DNA of 38,606 nucleotides, taken from positions 1 to 38,606 of the forward strand of contig JBNGIO010004535.1 in assembly GCA_049999805.1 (NCBI GenBank), read 5' to 3'. This stretch comes from Folioceros fuciformis (Eukaryota). The position numbers and the translations under genes were made by a program. The notes beneath the pieces are model-generated. The model saw only the letters and a list, made by a program, of their open reading frames with translations, was not told the origin of the DNA and ran no database searches. How positions within the stretch are numbered: the first letter of the stretch is position 1; each line of letters begins with the position of its first letter. Shown here in pieces: positions 11,301-22,674 of the stretch.

Positions 11301-14242
11301 AGGTGGCTGTAGATAACGTACTTACTTCTGCAGGCTCTCAAGACTCCTTGCCTCTGTAACATACATAAAAACTGGAGCGGAAGTCCACAAGGATGCCCTT
11401 GCTATCTTCCACACCCTGGGACTTGTGGTCAATGGATGCAAGAACGTATCTCATGTGTATCGTGATAACAATCGTACGAATGGCATGTTACAGATATTCA
11501 GGTAAACAGCTAGCTTACTAAGTACTTTCTCACTTTCCCCTGAATACCGCACTGTCACGTTGGGATGTACAAAGGGTTCTCCCTGTCATATTTCTGTATA
11601 TGGATCCGTCCTGAACTTCACGTCATGAGAAGGGACACTGAATAGACCTAACCCAACTTGCGGCAGGGACTTGTACGGCTGGGACTGGAAAAAGGAAAAG
11701 TCTGTAAGCTGCAGTCATTGGGGTGGTGACTACCTATCACTTGAACAGGTTAGTCACAAGCACCTGCTACCTGGTGTGGGCTCAAATGGGTGGTCTATGT
11801 TAACAAAAGCAACCTGCATAGGACTCCTGCAGGCGGTACTAGATGAACTAATGCAATGCGCCTTGTCCAGATAAAGTACGCAGTCATTGATGCCTGGGCA
11901 TCTCGCATGCTGTCACTTCAAGGAAGGGCTGCAGAGGAGGGTGCCATTCCTTTGGTATCCTTGCAAGATGTTCCCGTGACGGTGCTCGACATTTTTGCTA
12001 GATCAATATCACACTCGGATACTCTGAAGAAGGAAGAAAAAGTAATCGAGGTCAGAAGGCAACATATTCTACTGGAGAACATAACAGCACCAAGAAGTTT
12101 TTATCTGCTAGGCTTTCAGCTCCCTTTTGCTTTGATCGATCAGAATTTGCTTGCTTAAGATTCCTGCCAACTGTCTGCACATCAGAGTCCTCATACTCGT
12201 GACTGAGGTGCTTGTGTGTAATCTAAATCAGGGGGAGGGAAATATCATGGCGCTTAACTGTGGGGCACTCCGACTACAACAAATTAAGTTCCGGTCTAGA
12301 GTTCTTGGGATAAAGTCTTCAGTTGAGATTAAGTTCAAAGATGGCCAGGAACCGAAAAAATATGCTGCCACAGCACGGACAGGGAAGACAGTCACGTTGC
12401 GCCTAATATCAACGTCAGCACCTACTTTTGAAGCTGACACAAAAGAATCAGGTACACATGTGTCATAGAAACCAGTGTCTTTAACTGCCTCGAAGTTACA
12501 AAAATGAGAATGCTAACAGTGGTTTACACATTCACCGAGCAGGACAGTGCCTAGATGTTTCTTCAATAAGCAGCATTGTCGTCGACAACAGAAAACACGC
12601 TAACAAGGCGAAAAAGAAATTGGAAGAAGCTCTTTATGGCATACTTTGTGCACCAGCGAAGTGCCCAGCCCTCTTACTTCGTGCACTTCACTGTAGCAAC
12701 ACCCAGAGAGACAACGTCATCCTCAAAGAATGGACTTCGACTCATTCAAGGGTGATGGCACTACAGCACATCTCTGGTGCTCTGAACAACTCTCAACGCA
12801 AGGCTTGGGAACAGATCTTGACATCTGATGTCTCAGCTACTATCGGTCCACCGGGGACCGGGAAAACAAGACTCATTGCAGCAGTCACCCAAGCATGGCA
12901 TGATTTAGCGGATGAGGGGCATGTCTTCCTCTGCACCGCTGTTCAGAATGTGGCAACCCGCCATGTTGCAGAAACACTTGTTCGGCAACAGGTATATTTC
13001 AACTCTCTCCTCTGTGAGTCCAGTCAATTTCCAAGTGAGACTTTCTTGTTGAAAAAGTCACGAAGGTTTCTTTCAAACGGCGCTGCAAGGTTGACCTTCC
13101 ACTGCTGTGCTATCTGTGCTTATCTGCTGTCTTCACATTTGCCGAAGGTACCCGGAGTCATGCTGCTGATCAGCCAAGACTACTACATGGAATGGCATGA
13201 ACATCTTTACAAGGACATCAAAGAATTTGTTATCATGTCAGCAGCTCGAAGCGATCTACTTTCGTCTCTCCATATTTGGGCTGTCACTAACAAGCGGAAA
13301 ACCCCGCGGATCCTTATTTGTACTCTCAGCTCGGTGGGTTCCCAAGCCTTCAACACAAGTCTCATGGGCGGAAAAGTGACCATGATGCTTGTCGACGAGT
13401 GTTCGCAAGCTGCAGAAGGCAGCATTTTGGCACCTCTGGTATGTCTACCCAACTTGCAACAAATTGGAGTTATGGGGGACCCCTACCAACTGCCACCATT
13501 CAGTGGGAGGCAAACCCAGGCAAACAGCGTGTATGACTTGATGGCAACGGGCTGCATCCCAACTTTACTGGAGGAGCAATATCGAATGCCTCCAGCTATC
13601 TGCGACTTCATATCATGCGAATTCTACAAGAAGAAACTGAGGACAGCTCCTATTCGCGAGAGACAGAAAGGAATCAGAACTCCACTTTTATGGGTCAATG
13701 TGAAGGGGCACAGTACTGTTCTACCTGGGAAAACCTCCTTGACCAACAAGGCAGAAGCAAATGCCATCATTACATTCTGCAAAAGCTACTCAACGCTCTC
13801 AGCTGGAAACATGGACACACAGGAGCCCAGAACACTTCCGACCAACAACGAGAGCCAAGAAGCAGGGAACATGAGTCTGGTAGTGCTCACTCTCTACGAA
13901 GAGCAGCGCCACCTCATCTCCAGCCTCATGCGTGAATCAAACCTAGAGTTCCAGGTCCACAACGTAGACTCATTCCAAGGCCAAGAGGCGGAAACTGTCC
14001 TAATCTCCCTGGTGGTTGCTGACAAGATATCACACTTCGCAGCGGATCCACATCGAGCCTGCGTGATACTGTCACGAGCAAGTAAGCTGATGTGCATATT
14101 CGGGAACCTGAGCAAAGTGGTAGACAACCCAAGAGCAGAAGTCTGGAGGAGGCTCGCATTACATTGTCAGCATCATGACTTCATTCTTCAAGAGAATGAC
14201 GTACAGTCGGTTGTGGAGGAAACGACACGACGACCAGCTTGA
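2384..14242 (+). CDS. Giant multidomain protein (~3210 aa): DExH/RHA helicase + HA2, KH-like, CYTH-like, helical region, TOPRIM-like domain, DEDDy 3'-5' exonuclease, Upf1/DNA2-NAM7-like SF1 helicase
   Basis: Predicted exons: 2384-2578, 2702-2947, 3214-3883, 4004-4248, 4410-4792, 4894-5422, 5539-7170, 7257-8252, 8344-9729, 9829-10159, 10352-10518, 10600-11258, 11334-11501, 11667-11748, 11871-12050, 12232-12451, 12543-12991, 13148-14242. All junctions are phase-compatible (total 9633 nt). DExH motifs: GDPGCGKST, TQPRRIAA, DEVHE, MSAT, STDLAESSITIP, QRAGRVGR. TOPRIM-like motifs: CEGGLKA, PDAG, AWWGQ..DIDD. Exonuclease motifs: GLDCE, YAVIDA. SF1 motifs: GPPGTGKT, DECSQ, GDPYQLPP, QYRM, VDSFQGQE, SRA. 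The 5' start is uncertain (possible extra exons in 1900-2430). Confidence 0.8.
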
Positions 14243-14314
14243 AAAGCAAGACTTGCTGTCTCATGTGAAGCACACAAAACTCTGTGGGCTACGGGCCACC
14301 GGGCCATCAGTACT

Positions 14315-14450
14315 CTCGAGAAGGAAGCTAATCTGCTTACACAGAACGCCTATACGCCTGAATTCTGCTTACCAGCCACGTACCACTCGAGAAGGAAGCT
14401 TGCTTACACAGAACGCCTATACCCCTGAATTCTGCTTACCAGCCACGTAC
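14315..14450 (+). repeat. ~70-bp direct tandem duplication between the helicase and PPR genes
   Basis: ctcgagaaggaagct...gaattctgcttaccagccacgtac begins at 14315 and again at 14386. Confidence 0.9.
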
Positions 14451-14702
14451 AATCTCCTAGCAGAGAACTCCTAGGAGCACCAGGAACCGACCAAGGCTGC
14501 ATCTACTGAACCATTGTACATCTCGAAGTATCTCAGAGTATGCATTACATGCTTGGGCTCCTCACCTGACCAATTCACACCCTGCCAAAGTCGTGCACAT
14601 GTAGCGAGAACCTGACCAAGCTGCCATCTGATGTCGCGCTGCTCAGAGCATCTGCCTGCTGAAGGAAACTGGAAATCGTTAAGAACTTTTCCACCAATCC
14701 GC

Positions 14703-17700
14703 ATGTGGGTGGTCCGTTGTATGTGCCGTATCGTGAAACCAGGTCCTCCCAGAGTTCCTTACCCGCAGCAAGATTTCAGGCCGCTGGTCACCATTTCTGC
14801 ATTCCGCGTGCCAGTGTTCCGGGACGATCACCGACCATTAAGGGTAGGCCATTCGGCCTTGTTCAGAACTTCCAACTTTCTTTCTGGGGTTGAAACTCAT
14901 CGGAGCGAGGTGTTGGGTGAATGCTTCAAAGATACCATGGTGTCTATGAAGGTGCTCATCGCGTGTTACCTTGTCTTTTGCCCCGTTTCAGGGTGATGGG
15001 TCCAGGTGTTGCAGGCTGCAAGAGAGTGGGGGGATAGTGTTGTCAGATCTGACTTTTGTTCCACTGATGGTGCCGGACGCTGCCAGGGGTAGCTTCAAAC
15101 ACACGCGGATTGACACAAGGCTACGGTCGGCACAGGCTGTCGCGAACTGCACTGGACCTAGCCGAATAGGGGAGCAGGGCAAGCTAGTGTCTAGTCCCGG
15201 TAACTGCTTGACTGCCGCTCAATGCAATGTTCTGGTAGGCGAGCCTGCAGTTGAGGAATTTCTGATTTGTAGGTGTCCTGCAGAAGAGCCAGGGGCACAG
15301 CCAGCATTGTGGGAGAAATTTCTGGACGGATTTGCACGGTTGTGGGACAGTAGGTCCAAAAAGGTAGTTGGCTTAGCAATTGTCTTGTTTGTATCCGGAT
15401 GAGCTGTAGTTATGGTGTACTGGAGAAGTCGTAACTAGGCTGTTGATGTGGCAACAATGCAGCTGTGCAAGTTGACGGGGGACCAACTACAGGAGCCTTC
15501 GTGGATTGACTCACAACATGCGTGGCAGGAAGGGAGGCTACCAACATCACCAGCTGTCAGTCGATTCAGACCTTCCTACCAGTCTGAAGAAGTCCCGGAC
15601 GCTGATCGTAGCAACTTGTTGAGGTGCAGATTCCAGCTCTTTTGATTGAATTTGTTGCTCCGGTCCTCCACAGGTGTGGTGCCCACAATAGTTTCCTGAT
15701 TATGGTGGAATTTGCAGGGCTGTCGCGGACGAGACACCTTCGGGGGTAGGAGCCTGGTTCGATGTATATGGCGAAGGGGGGCTCACCGAGGCTGTTGGTG
15801 CATTGGACTCCGTGGTGCAGCAGGGGTCCTATGTTCCCACTGCTCTCGTTTATGGTGTACTCAAGAGAGGTGTGGCGGAGAAGGATCTGGTTGTGGGCAA
15901 GCTTGTCCACTCTCTTACTCGTGCCACGGGGTACGAGTCTAGCACATTTTTAGCTAACCATATCATCCGCATGTATACTTCCCATGGGAGATTGCTGGAA
16001 GCAACCAAGGTCTTCAGCAACTTGGATAGTCCGGATGTATTTGCATGGTGCTTCATCATATTGGCACACGTTGAACAAGGTCAGCCTACTAGGGCTATAG
16101 AGCTGTACAAGCATATGCGCCAATTATCTGTGAAACCAGACAGTCATACGTATGTGGCAGTTCTTAAAGCCTGTGCCAGTGCTTTGGATCTGGCATCTGG
16201 CAAGCAGGTCCATTCTGATATTCTGAGTGGTGAATTGCAGCCCAGTGTCTTCGTTGGAAACTGCCTCGTGGACATGTATGTGAAATGTGGCAGCCTAGAA
16301 GATGCCCGAAGAGTGTTTGACAATCTGCTATCCAAGAACGTGGTTACTTGGACTGCTATCATTGGAGGATATGCCCAGCAAGGGCTTGGTGAAGAAGCCC
16401 TTTCCTTGTATGCAAGTATGCATGAGGAAGGCATCAATACTGCAGACCGTGCTACTTATGTGTGTCTCTTGAAAGCCTGTGCCAGCATTGGAGGTTTACA
16501 TCAAGGGAAGTCGTTTCATGAAATAATCAAGGAGAAAGGACTTGAATCGGATGTAGTTGTTGGCAGCAGCTTGGTAGACATGTATGCCAAGTGTGGAAGC
16601 TTAGAAGATGCCTGCAGCGTTTTTGAAAAACTCCCAACCAAAAATATGGTGACATGGACAGCTATCATATATGGGTACGTGCAGCATGGTCGTGGTCAGG
16701 AAGCCCTTGATCTGTACGCAAGTATACAACGGGAGGGCATGCTTTTAGCAGACCGTGTTACATTTGCAGGCTTAGTGAAGGCATGTGCAAGCATTGGTGC
16801 TTTAAGTACAGGCAAGGAGCTTCATCTCCAGATTCAGAAGAGCAGGCTAGATCATGACGGTCTTGTTGGCAATAGCCTGGTGGATATGTATGTGAAATGT
16901 GGGAGCTTGGAAGATGCAGGGAGGGTGTTCAACAATCTGCAGTCGAAGGATGTCGCCACATGGACTGCCATGATTGCAGGATATGGCCAGCATGGGCTTT
17001 GCCACGAAGCCCTTTCCCTTTATGCTAGGATGCAAAAGGATGGTATTGTTCCAGCCAATCACGTGACATATGTGTGCCTTCTCAATGCATGTGCAAGGGT
17101 TAGAGCTCTTTCTCAGGGAAAGCAGCTGCATTCTCAGATTCAGGATAGAGGGCTTGAAGTTGATGTGGTGATTGGCAGCAGCCTCGTGGACATGTATGCT
17201 AAATGTGGGAGCTTATTGGACGCCCGGAGGGTCTTTGACAGACTGCCAACCAGAAATGTTGTGACATGGAATTCCATGCTTGCAGGATATGCTCAGCAGG
17301 GGTTTGGCGAAGAAGCCCTCGCTCTTTACTCGATAATGCAGGAGGAGGGCACTACACCAGCTGGCCATGGAACCTATGTGTGCGTCTTGAATGCATGTGC
17401 GAGTATTGGAGCACTGCGTCAGGGAAAGCAACTGCACTCAGAGATTCAAGAGAATGGACTTGAAGTTGATTTGGTTATTGGCAACTGCCTGGTGGACATG
17501 TATGCAAAATGTGGGAGCTTATTTGATGCCCGCAAGGTATTTGATGGGCTTCCGAAGAAAGATGTGGTGACCTGGACCGCCTTGCTGAATGGGTATGCCC
17601 AAAATAATGACAGCCAGAAGGCAATGCAGTGTTTCCAAGAGATGCAGCAGCATGGGGTGGAACCAAATGACGCTACTTTTTTGTGTCTCCTGACATCATT

Positions 17701-18478
17701 CAGAAATCAGGCAATGGTTTCTGAAGGCCGGCAGTACTTCAAGGTGATGATGGAGCAGTATGCAATTGCACCAACAGTTTTCCACTATGCAGTCATGGTT
17801 GACCTGCTTGGAAGGTCAGGATTCCTTAATGAGGCGGAAGATATGCTCAAGAGGATGCCAGTCAAAGAGGACACCGTGGGGTGGATGACGTTGCTGTGTG
17901 CCTGTAGGAAAGCAGGTGACACACAGCGGGGCGAGCGGTGTTTCAACCGACTTACTAAATTAGAACCTCAAAATGCAGCAACATATGCGCTCATGTCGAA
18001 CATTTACGAAAATGCGAGCAGGTGGAGTGATGTACAAAGAATAGAAAGCCGGAGGATATCTGCAGGTGCTTGCAAGAAGCCTGCGCGGGCTTGGATTGAG
18101 GTAGGCATCAAAGTCCATACGTTCACTGTTGGGGAGACCAGGGACGACATATCCTCTAGGCTAAAAAGTGCCAACCTTGGCTTGGAGGAGGACAAAGAAC
18201 ATGAGCTACCTGATCAGTTGGTGCTGCAGCCATTGTCTCAGAGAGAGAAAGGTGATGTTCTTTGTGGACATGCTGAGAAGCTTGCATTAGCATTTGGTCT
18301 GCTCAACACTTCTGATGGCACACCTTTGCTAGTCACCAAAAATCTTAGGATGTGCCAGGACTGCCACAATAGTACCAAAGTATTGTCGAGGATTGAAAAG
18401 CGAGAGATCATCGTGAGGGATGCACACTGTGTCCATCGCTTTGTGGACGGGCTCTGTTCATGCGGAGATTCACATTGA
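14703..18478 (+). CDS. PLS-class pentatricopeptide repeat protein with E1-E2-DYW:KP deaminase-like domain (candidate U-to-C organellar RNA editing factor)
   Basis: About 19-20 P/L/S motifs, ending P2-L2-S2-E1-E2, then KPARAWIEV, HAEKLA, CQDCH and CSCGDSH*. The track ORF at 15803 starts at TTG. In-frame GT-AG exons 14703-14909, 14992-15363, 15439-15623 and 15718-18478 supply an ATG and an Arg-rich transit-peptide-like N-terminus (these 5' exons are less certain). Confidence 0.92.
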
Positions 18479-18549
18479 CGAAGGTAGTGCATGACTAGGA
18501 GTTGTCAAACAGCGCAGACTGAAAGACGATGACTTCACGAAGACAAAAT

Positions 18550-18985
18550 CCATCGGGCAGGCCTCTGGTGATGCTTTTTGCGGTTTGAAGTTCGTGGCTT
18601 CTATAGCTCGTGGCTTGGAGCAGGTGCACCTCCTGCACTATGAACATGGCTCGTCCAGTTCAGCTTCTCAATCTTCGGTCTTGCGTGTTCGAATCTTTCG
18701 TGGTGTCCTAAAGGTGACTGCCACTCCTAACGGGCAGAATTGTTTCACACAGGTTGCATAGCTGAAGCAGAACAAGCACAGGGACTAGAATGAGTTAGAA
18801 TGATGAGGCTGGCAGCTTGATCGGCAGATTTCTCAGCAGCCTCGCGTGGCATGTCGCGGGAAAGCACACGAACTCGTCCTTCAAGATGGGGATTTTGGAG
18901 CTTGGATGACTTTGTCACGAGCAGGGTGCCATCTACATGGGCGGCAGGAGTTAGCAGATCGATCGCATGGGCTTCTTGTTGATTA
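18550..18985 (+). pseudogene. Possible degenerate PPR fragment
   Basis: About 18814-18985 translates KAHELVLQDGDFGAWMTLSRAGCHLHGRQELADR (E1-like). About 18570-18640 gives AFCGLKFVASIARGLEQVHLLH (L-motif-like). Stops intervene. Confidence 0.35.
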
Positions 18986-19832
18986 GTAAGTTTTGTCTTC
19001 CCTTTCTGCTTTGGTGAAACAGGCAAGCACGCAGAAGAGGCGGATGATTTGAGACCTGTGGGATCCGGGCCTCCGTTTGACAGGTTTGTCTACGTTTCTC
19101 GGAATTGTGCACAGTGAGTTCAAGCCTGTTTGCGAGAGGGAGAAGCTTTGAAAGGACGGAGGCGGCAAGGGTTCCAACTCTGTGCAGGAGGCAAAACGAA
19201 GAAAGGCGGAGTTCGAGTTCACCTTAACCTTACAACAGATCCAACTTGGGACTTGTCCAAACTTACCCTCGAAGAACCAGGAAGCCACCACTATTTGGGC
19301 AGAATAGCAACAGTGATCTGTAACTGGGATGTGTGAGGAACAGGGTGGTGTCAGGTAGACTCTTGTATTGATATAGCCATAGGGTGTGTGGGTCAAAAGC
19401 CGCTGTCTGAACTGCTGATTGCTGTTCAAGCTGGTCATGCCGATGAGGAAAGCACTCTGACAAGTGTGAGGTCATCCACGTACTGTACCTCTCCAGAGAT
19501 TTTTGAAAGGCAGGTTGAATACAATGAAGGTGGGAGGTGGATGGATGTTAGTGAATCACCTGACCGATTGTCCCTGTTCCCTGGTCCTCATTATTGGCAT
19601 GCAACTGTTCCCTGCTAAGCCGATTGGTGGGAAAGACAGACTGTCATTAGGCTAATCCAAAATTGTACTTACCTTGAAGTTTCGGACTCACGCGGAAAGG
19701 ATGACGTTGCTCGCTCCCAGCACAGGCTGGCAGAATTACAAAGTCCTGGAGCCCGCAAGGTGATGGATGCCCTGTATTTCGATTTCCGCGGGGGTTGGAG
19801 CCTGTTGGGCCTGGGGGAGGGCTCCTCTCGCC

Positions 19833-21071
19833 ATGGCGCCTTCGTCTGCCTCCTCCACCAGGACGTCGTCCTTGAATTCCAGAACCAAGTCACTTGTCAT
19901 GATGTTCTACAACATTTGGTTTTGGGACGACTTGGAAGTGGAGCCAAGAATGGCAGCCATCGGGAGGCTGATAGATGAGCATCAGCCTCATGTCATCTGT
20001 CTCCAGGTGCGCTGTGGGAACATCACCTCACTTTCCCCCGTCGTTGCAACTCGTGACCTTGCCTGAGACTGTGCTTGGATATTTTCCCTGGCAGGAAGTG
20101 ACGTTCGGCATCTACAGCATTTTCAGAAAATCTAGCTGGTGGAGGCGGTACAAGTGCTCTGTATCGGAGTCCCTGTCATCAGAGAGGCCATATTTCGTTA
20201 TCCAGGTGGGGCGCCTGTATATTCCGTTTGCACTTGAGGATTTGTTCGCTAGAATCTGCAGAATGACAGAGTGGGATCTCATTCTTTGTGCGTGTCCTTG
20301 ACAGCTTAGTCGGCTTCCAGTGAAGGCTTTCCATCGGAATGCCTACAGCAACTCTGTCATGGGACGGGATCTCTGTATCGCGGAACTCGATGCAGGTGGT
20401 GGAAAGAAGCTGGTGGTCGCAACAAGCCATTTAGAGAGTCCCTCACCAACCAACGACCAAACTTACTCGGATAAGCGCATTCTTCAAGCCCGGATCGCGT
20501 TCAAACATCTTGAGGACATCCCGAACGTGGTGTTCGGAGGGAACATGAATTGGAATGACCGCCTCGAAGGAGCGCCCCCACTTCCCGAAGGCTGGGCTGA
20601 TGCCTGGCTTCAACTAAGACCCCAAGAGGTGGGCGCGGGAGACGGGAGGGAGTTTTGTGAACCTCTGAATTCTAGAAGCTTGTCATGATCCCCTGAATAC
20701 TCAGTGTCCAACATTTTGGCCAACTCCATTTTCTGACGGCTTCTTGTTCTCAGGATGGCTCGACACTCAGACGCCAATCTAATTCCACGATAGGCGACAA
20801 CGTCCACCAGGGCCAGAGACTGGACAGAGTCTTTTGCCACCTTACAGATTTCAAGTTGCAGGATATCCAGATTATTGGAAGGAATCCCATTCCCGGCCTG
20901 AGCTATGAGAAAGAGGAAGCGGTGGTGGACGGAGAAGTGCAGAGATCGACACAACTCGTTTTTCCGAGTGATCATTTCGGCTTGTTGCTCAAAGTAACAT
21001 ACGAAGTTCCACCGGAAAAACAACGCTCCTCAGAGCGCGCCTCGTTTTTGTGCTGCTGCCAGGCTCCCTGA
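19833..21071 (+). CDS. TDP2: Tyrosyl-DNA phosphodiesterase 2-like EEP family protein
   Basis: Exons 19833-20006, 20095-20205, 20305-20628, 20754-21071. Motifs YNIWF, ICLQEVT, MGRDL, ATSHLESP, GGNMNW, RLDRVF, PSDHFGL. Confidence 0.85.
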
Positions 21072-22674
21072 CGTGTATGCCTTTTTTCAGTTTGGGAACA
21101 AAGATTCCCGTCAAAAGTCGGTAGATGCTTGTCTGCCTACAAAACGAAGCCGGTAGATGGAATTTCTACGTGTACATCACTCTGTAATAAAAACCATGTG
21201 AACTTCTCGTCATAAAGTGCGTAGGGAACTCTTCTCTTGATCCGTTCATTCTGCTCAGTTTCTGATTTCTTGCAATCTCCATTCTAACCGTTGAATGAAG
21301 CTGCTGAAATGTGCGCCTTGTGGAAACAATTCCGGAAGGCATCACAGGCGCTCCAGCCAAGGAATCGCAACATTCTTCATCACCGAAGAGTACTGACCCA
21401 CCAGACTTGGACTGAGAGTTTAATCATATCTCAAGGAAGAGATGTAGTCAGGAACTCAACAGAAAAATGCTGGCTTGCCCTTCACGTTGCCTTCACTCAT
21501 GTCCTTCCATCTTGTACGCATGATAGACAAGCGAGTGATGCGCATTGGTCAATTTGGAGTCACTGACGGAAAGCTGTCCCTTGCAACCATGGTTCCAGCA
21601 AAGGCTCTCAGGCGCGGAAGCAGGGGAGCCTTTCGGGCCACAACAGGTTTTGTTGCAGACTACAGGAACTGCCATTCGGTGCCGTACAACAAATGAGATG
21701 CTATAGCAATACAGTATTGTTGATCTATTCAGATTCATCTTTCTCTGCAATTTCAAGGACATGGATAAGTTATCACACGACCACAGCATGCACCGCATGT
21801 GCAGTGGACGAATCTCCACCCCCCCGCGCACTGCCCTGGTTACTTTGCTAAGTACCCATGTCTTGCTCCATGCAAAAAGTGTGATACGAAGCTAATCCTG
21901 CACAACACCATGGCCAACCTCAAAAGCAACGTTGGGAGGATTTGCTTCCGCTTGGCACTTCCCTCGTCTAGATCTCCCTTCACCTTGCCCTTGAGCTCGC
22001 ATCGGAGTCGGCATCGATGGATCGACACACTTTCCACATACTGACTGGTGGTTAGATTACGTAAACTGGTTCTGCATGGATAAAATGACACATGCTTCAA
22101 TCGGTCTCTCATCCGCGAAGGCCACCCATTGGAGCCAGCATGTGCAACTCGCGACTTGGGAGCTGCGAATTGGGAGGTGCACTGCAGATGGATTTCTTCG
22201 AGACGTCTGTTCTCGGCACACCTCCAAACCCACCATGTTTGCTTCCACGTCTGAATTTATAGGCAAGTACCCAACAAAGACACAGCTTGAGGAAGCTGTA
22301 GGAGTGTACCACCACAGCCGGTGTCCTGGCCAGCTGCGGTTGGGACTCGCACGCCGCCGGCTTGATGCTTGACTTGTGAGGACTTCCCAGCAACCTAAGA
22401 ACTTTCCTGCCACTCTTCCTTGCCACTCTGCAGCTGCTCACCCAACCTGATGCTGCAGTTTCCTCTGTCACTGCCCCCGACCCTTCCTTGTGTTCTCAAA
22501 TTTGTTGGGTTGCAGCTCCGGGCTGAGGACGGATACGGGCAGGCAGTGCTGTGGCTAGGATTAGGCGTCGGCATGGTTTGGAGGTAGAGAGGTAGGCGGC
22601 ATCTCACATCCACCGGCTGCCCTAATGGTCGATCCGGACGTCTGAGAAGTTGGGGCACGCACTGGGGCATGGTC

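Noticed and set aside
2342-14242. Track ORFs as many independent genes or a prokaryote-style operon
   Set aside because: ORF boundaries coincide with splice signals, and conserved motifs are only complete after splicing.
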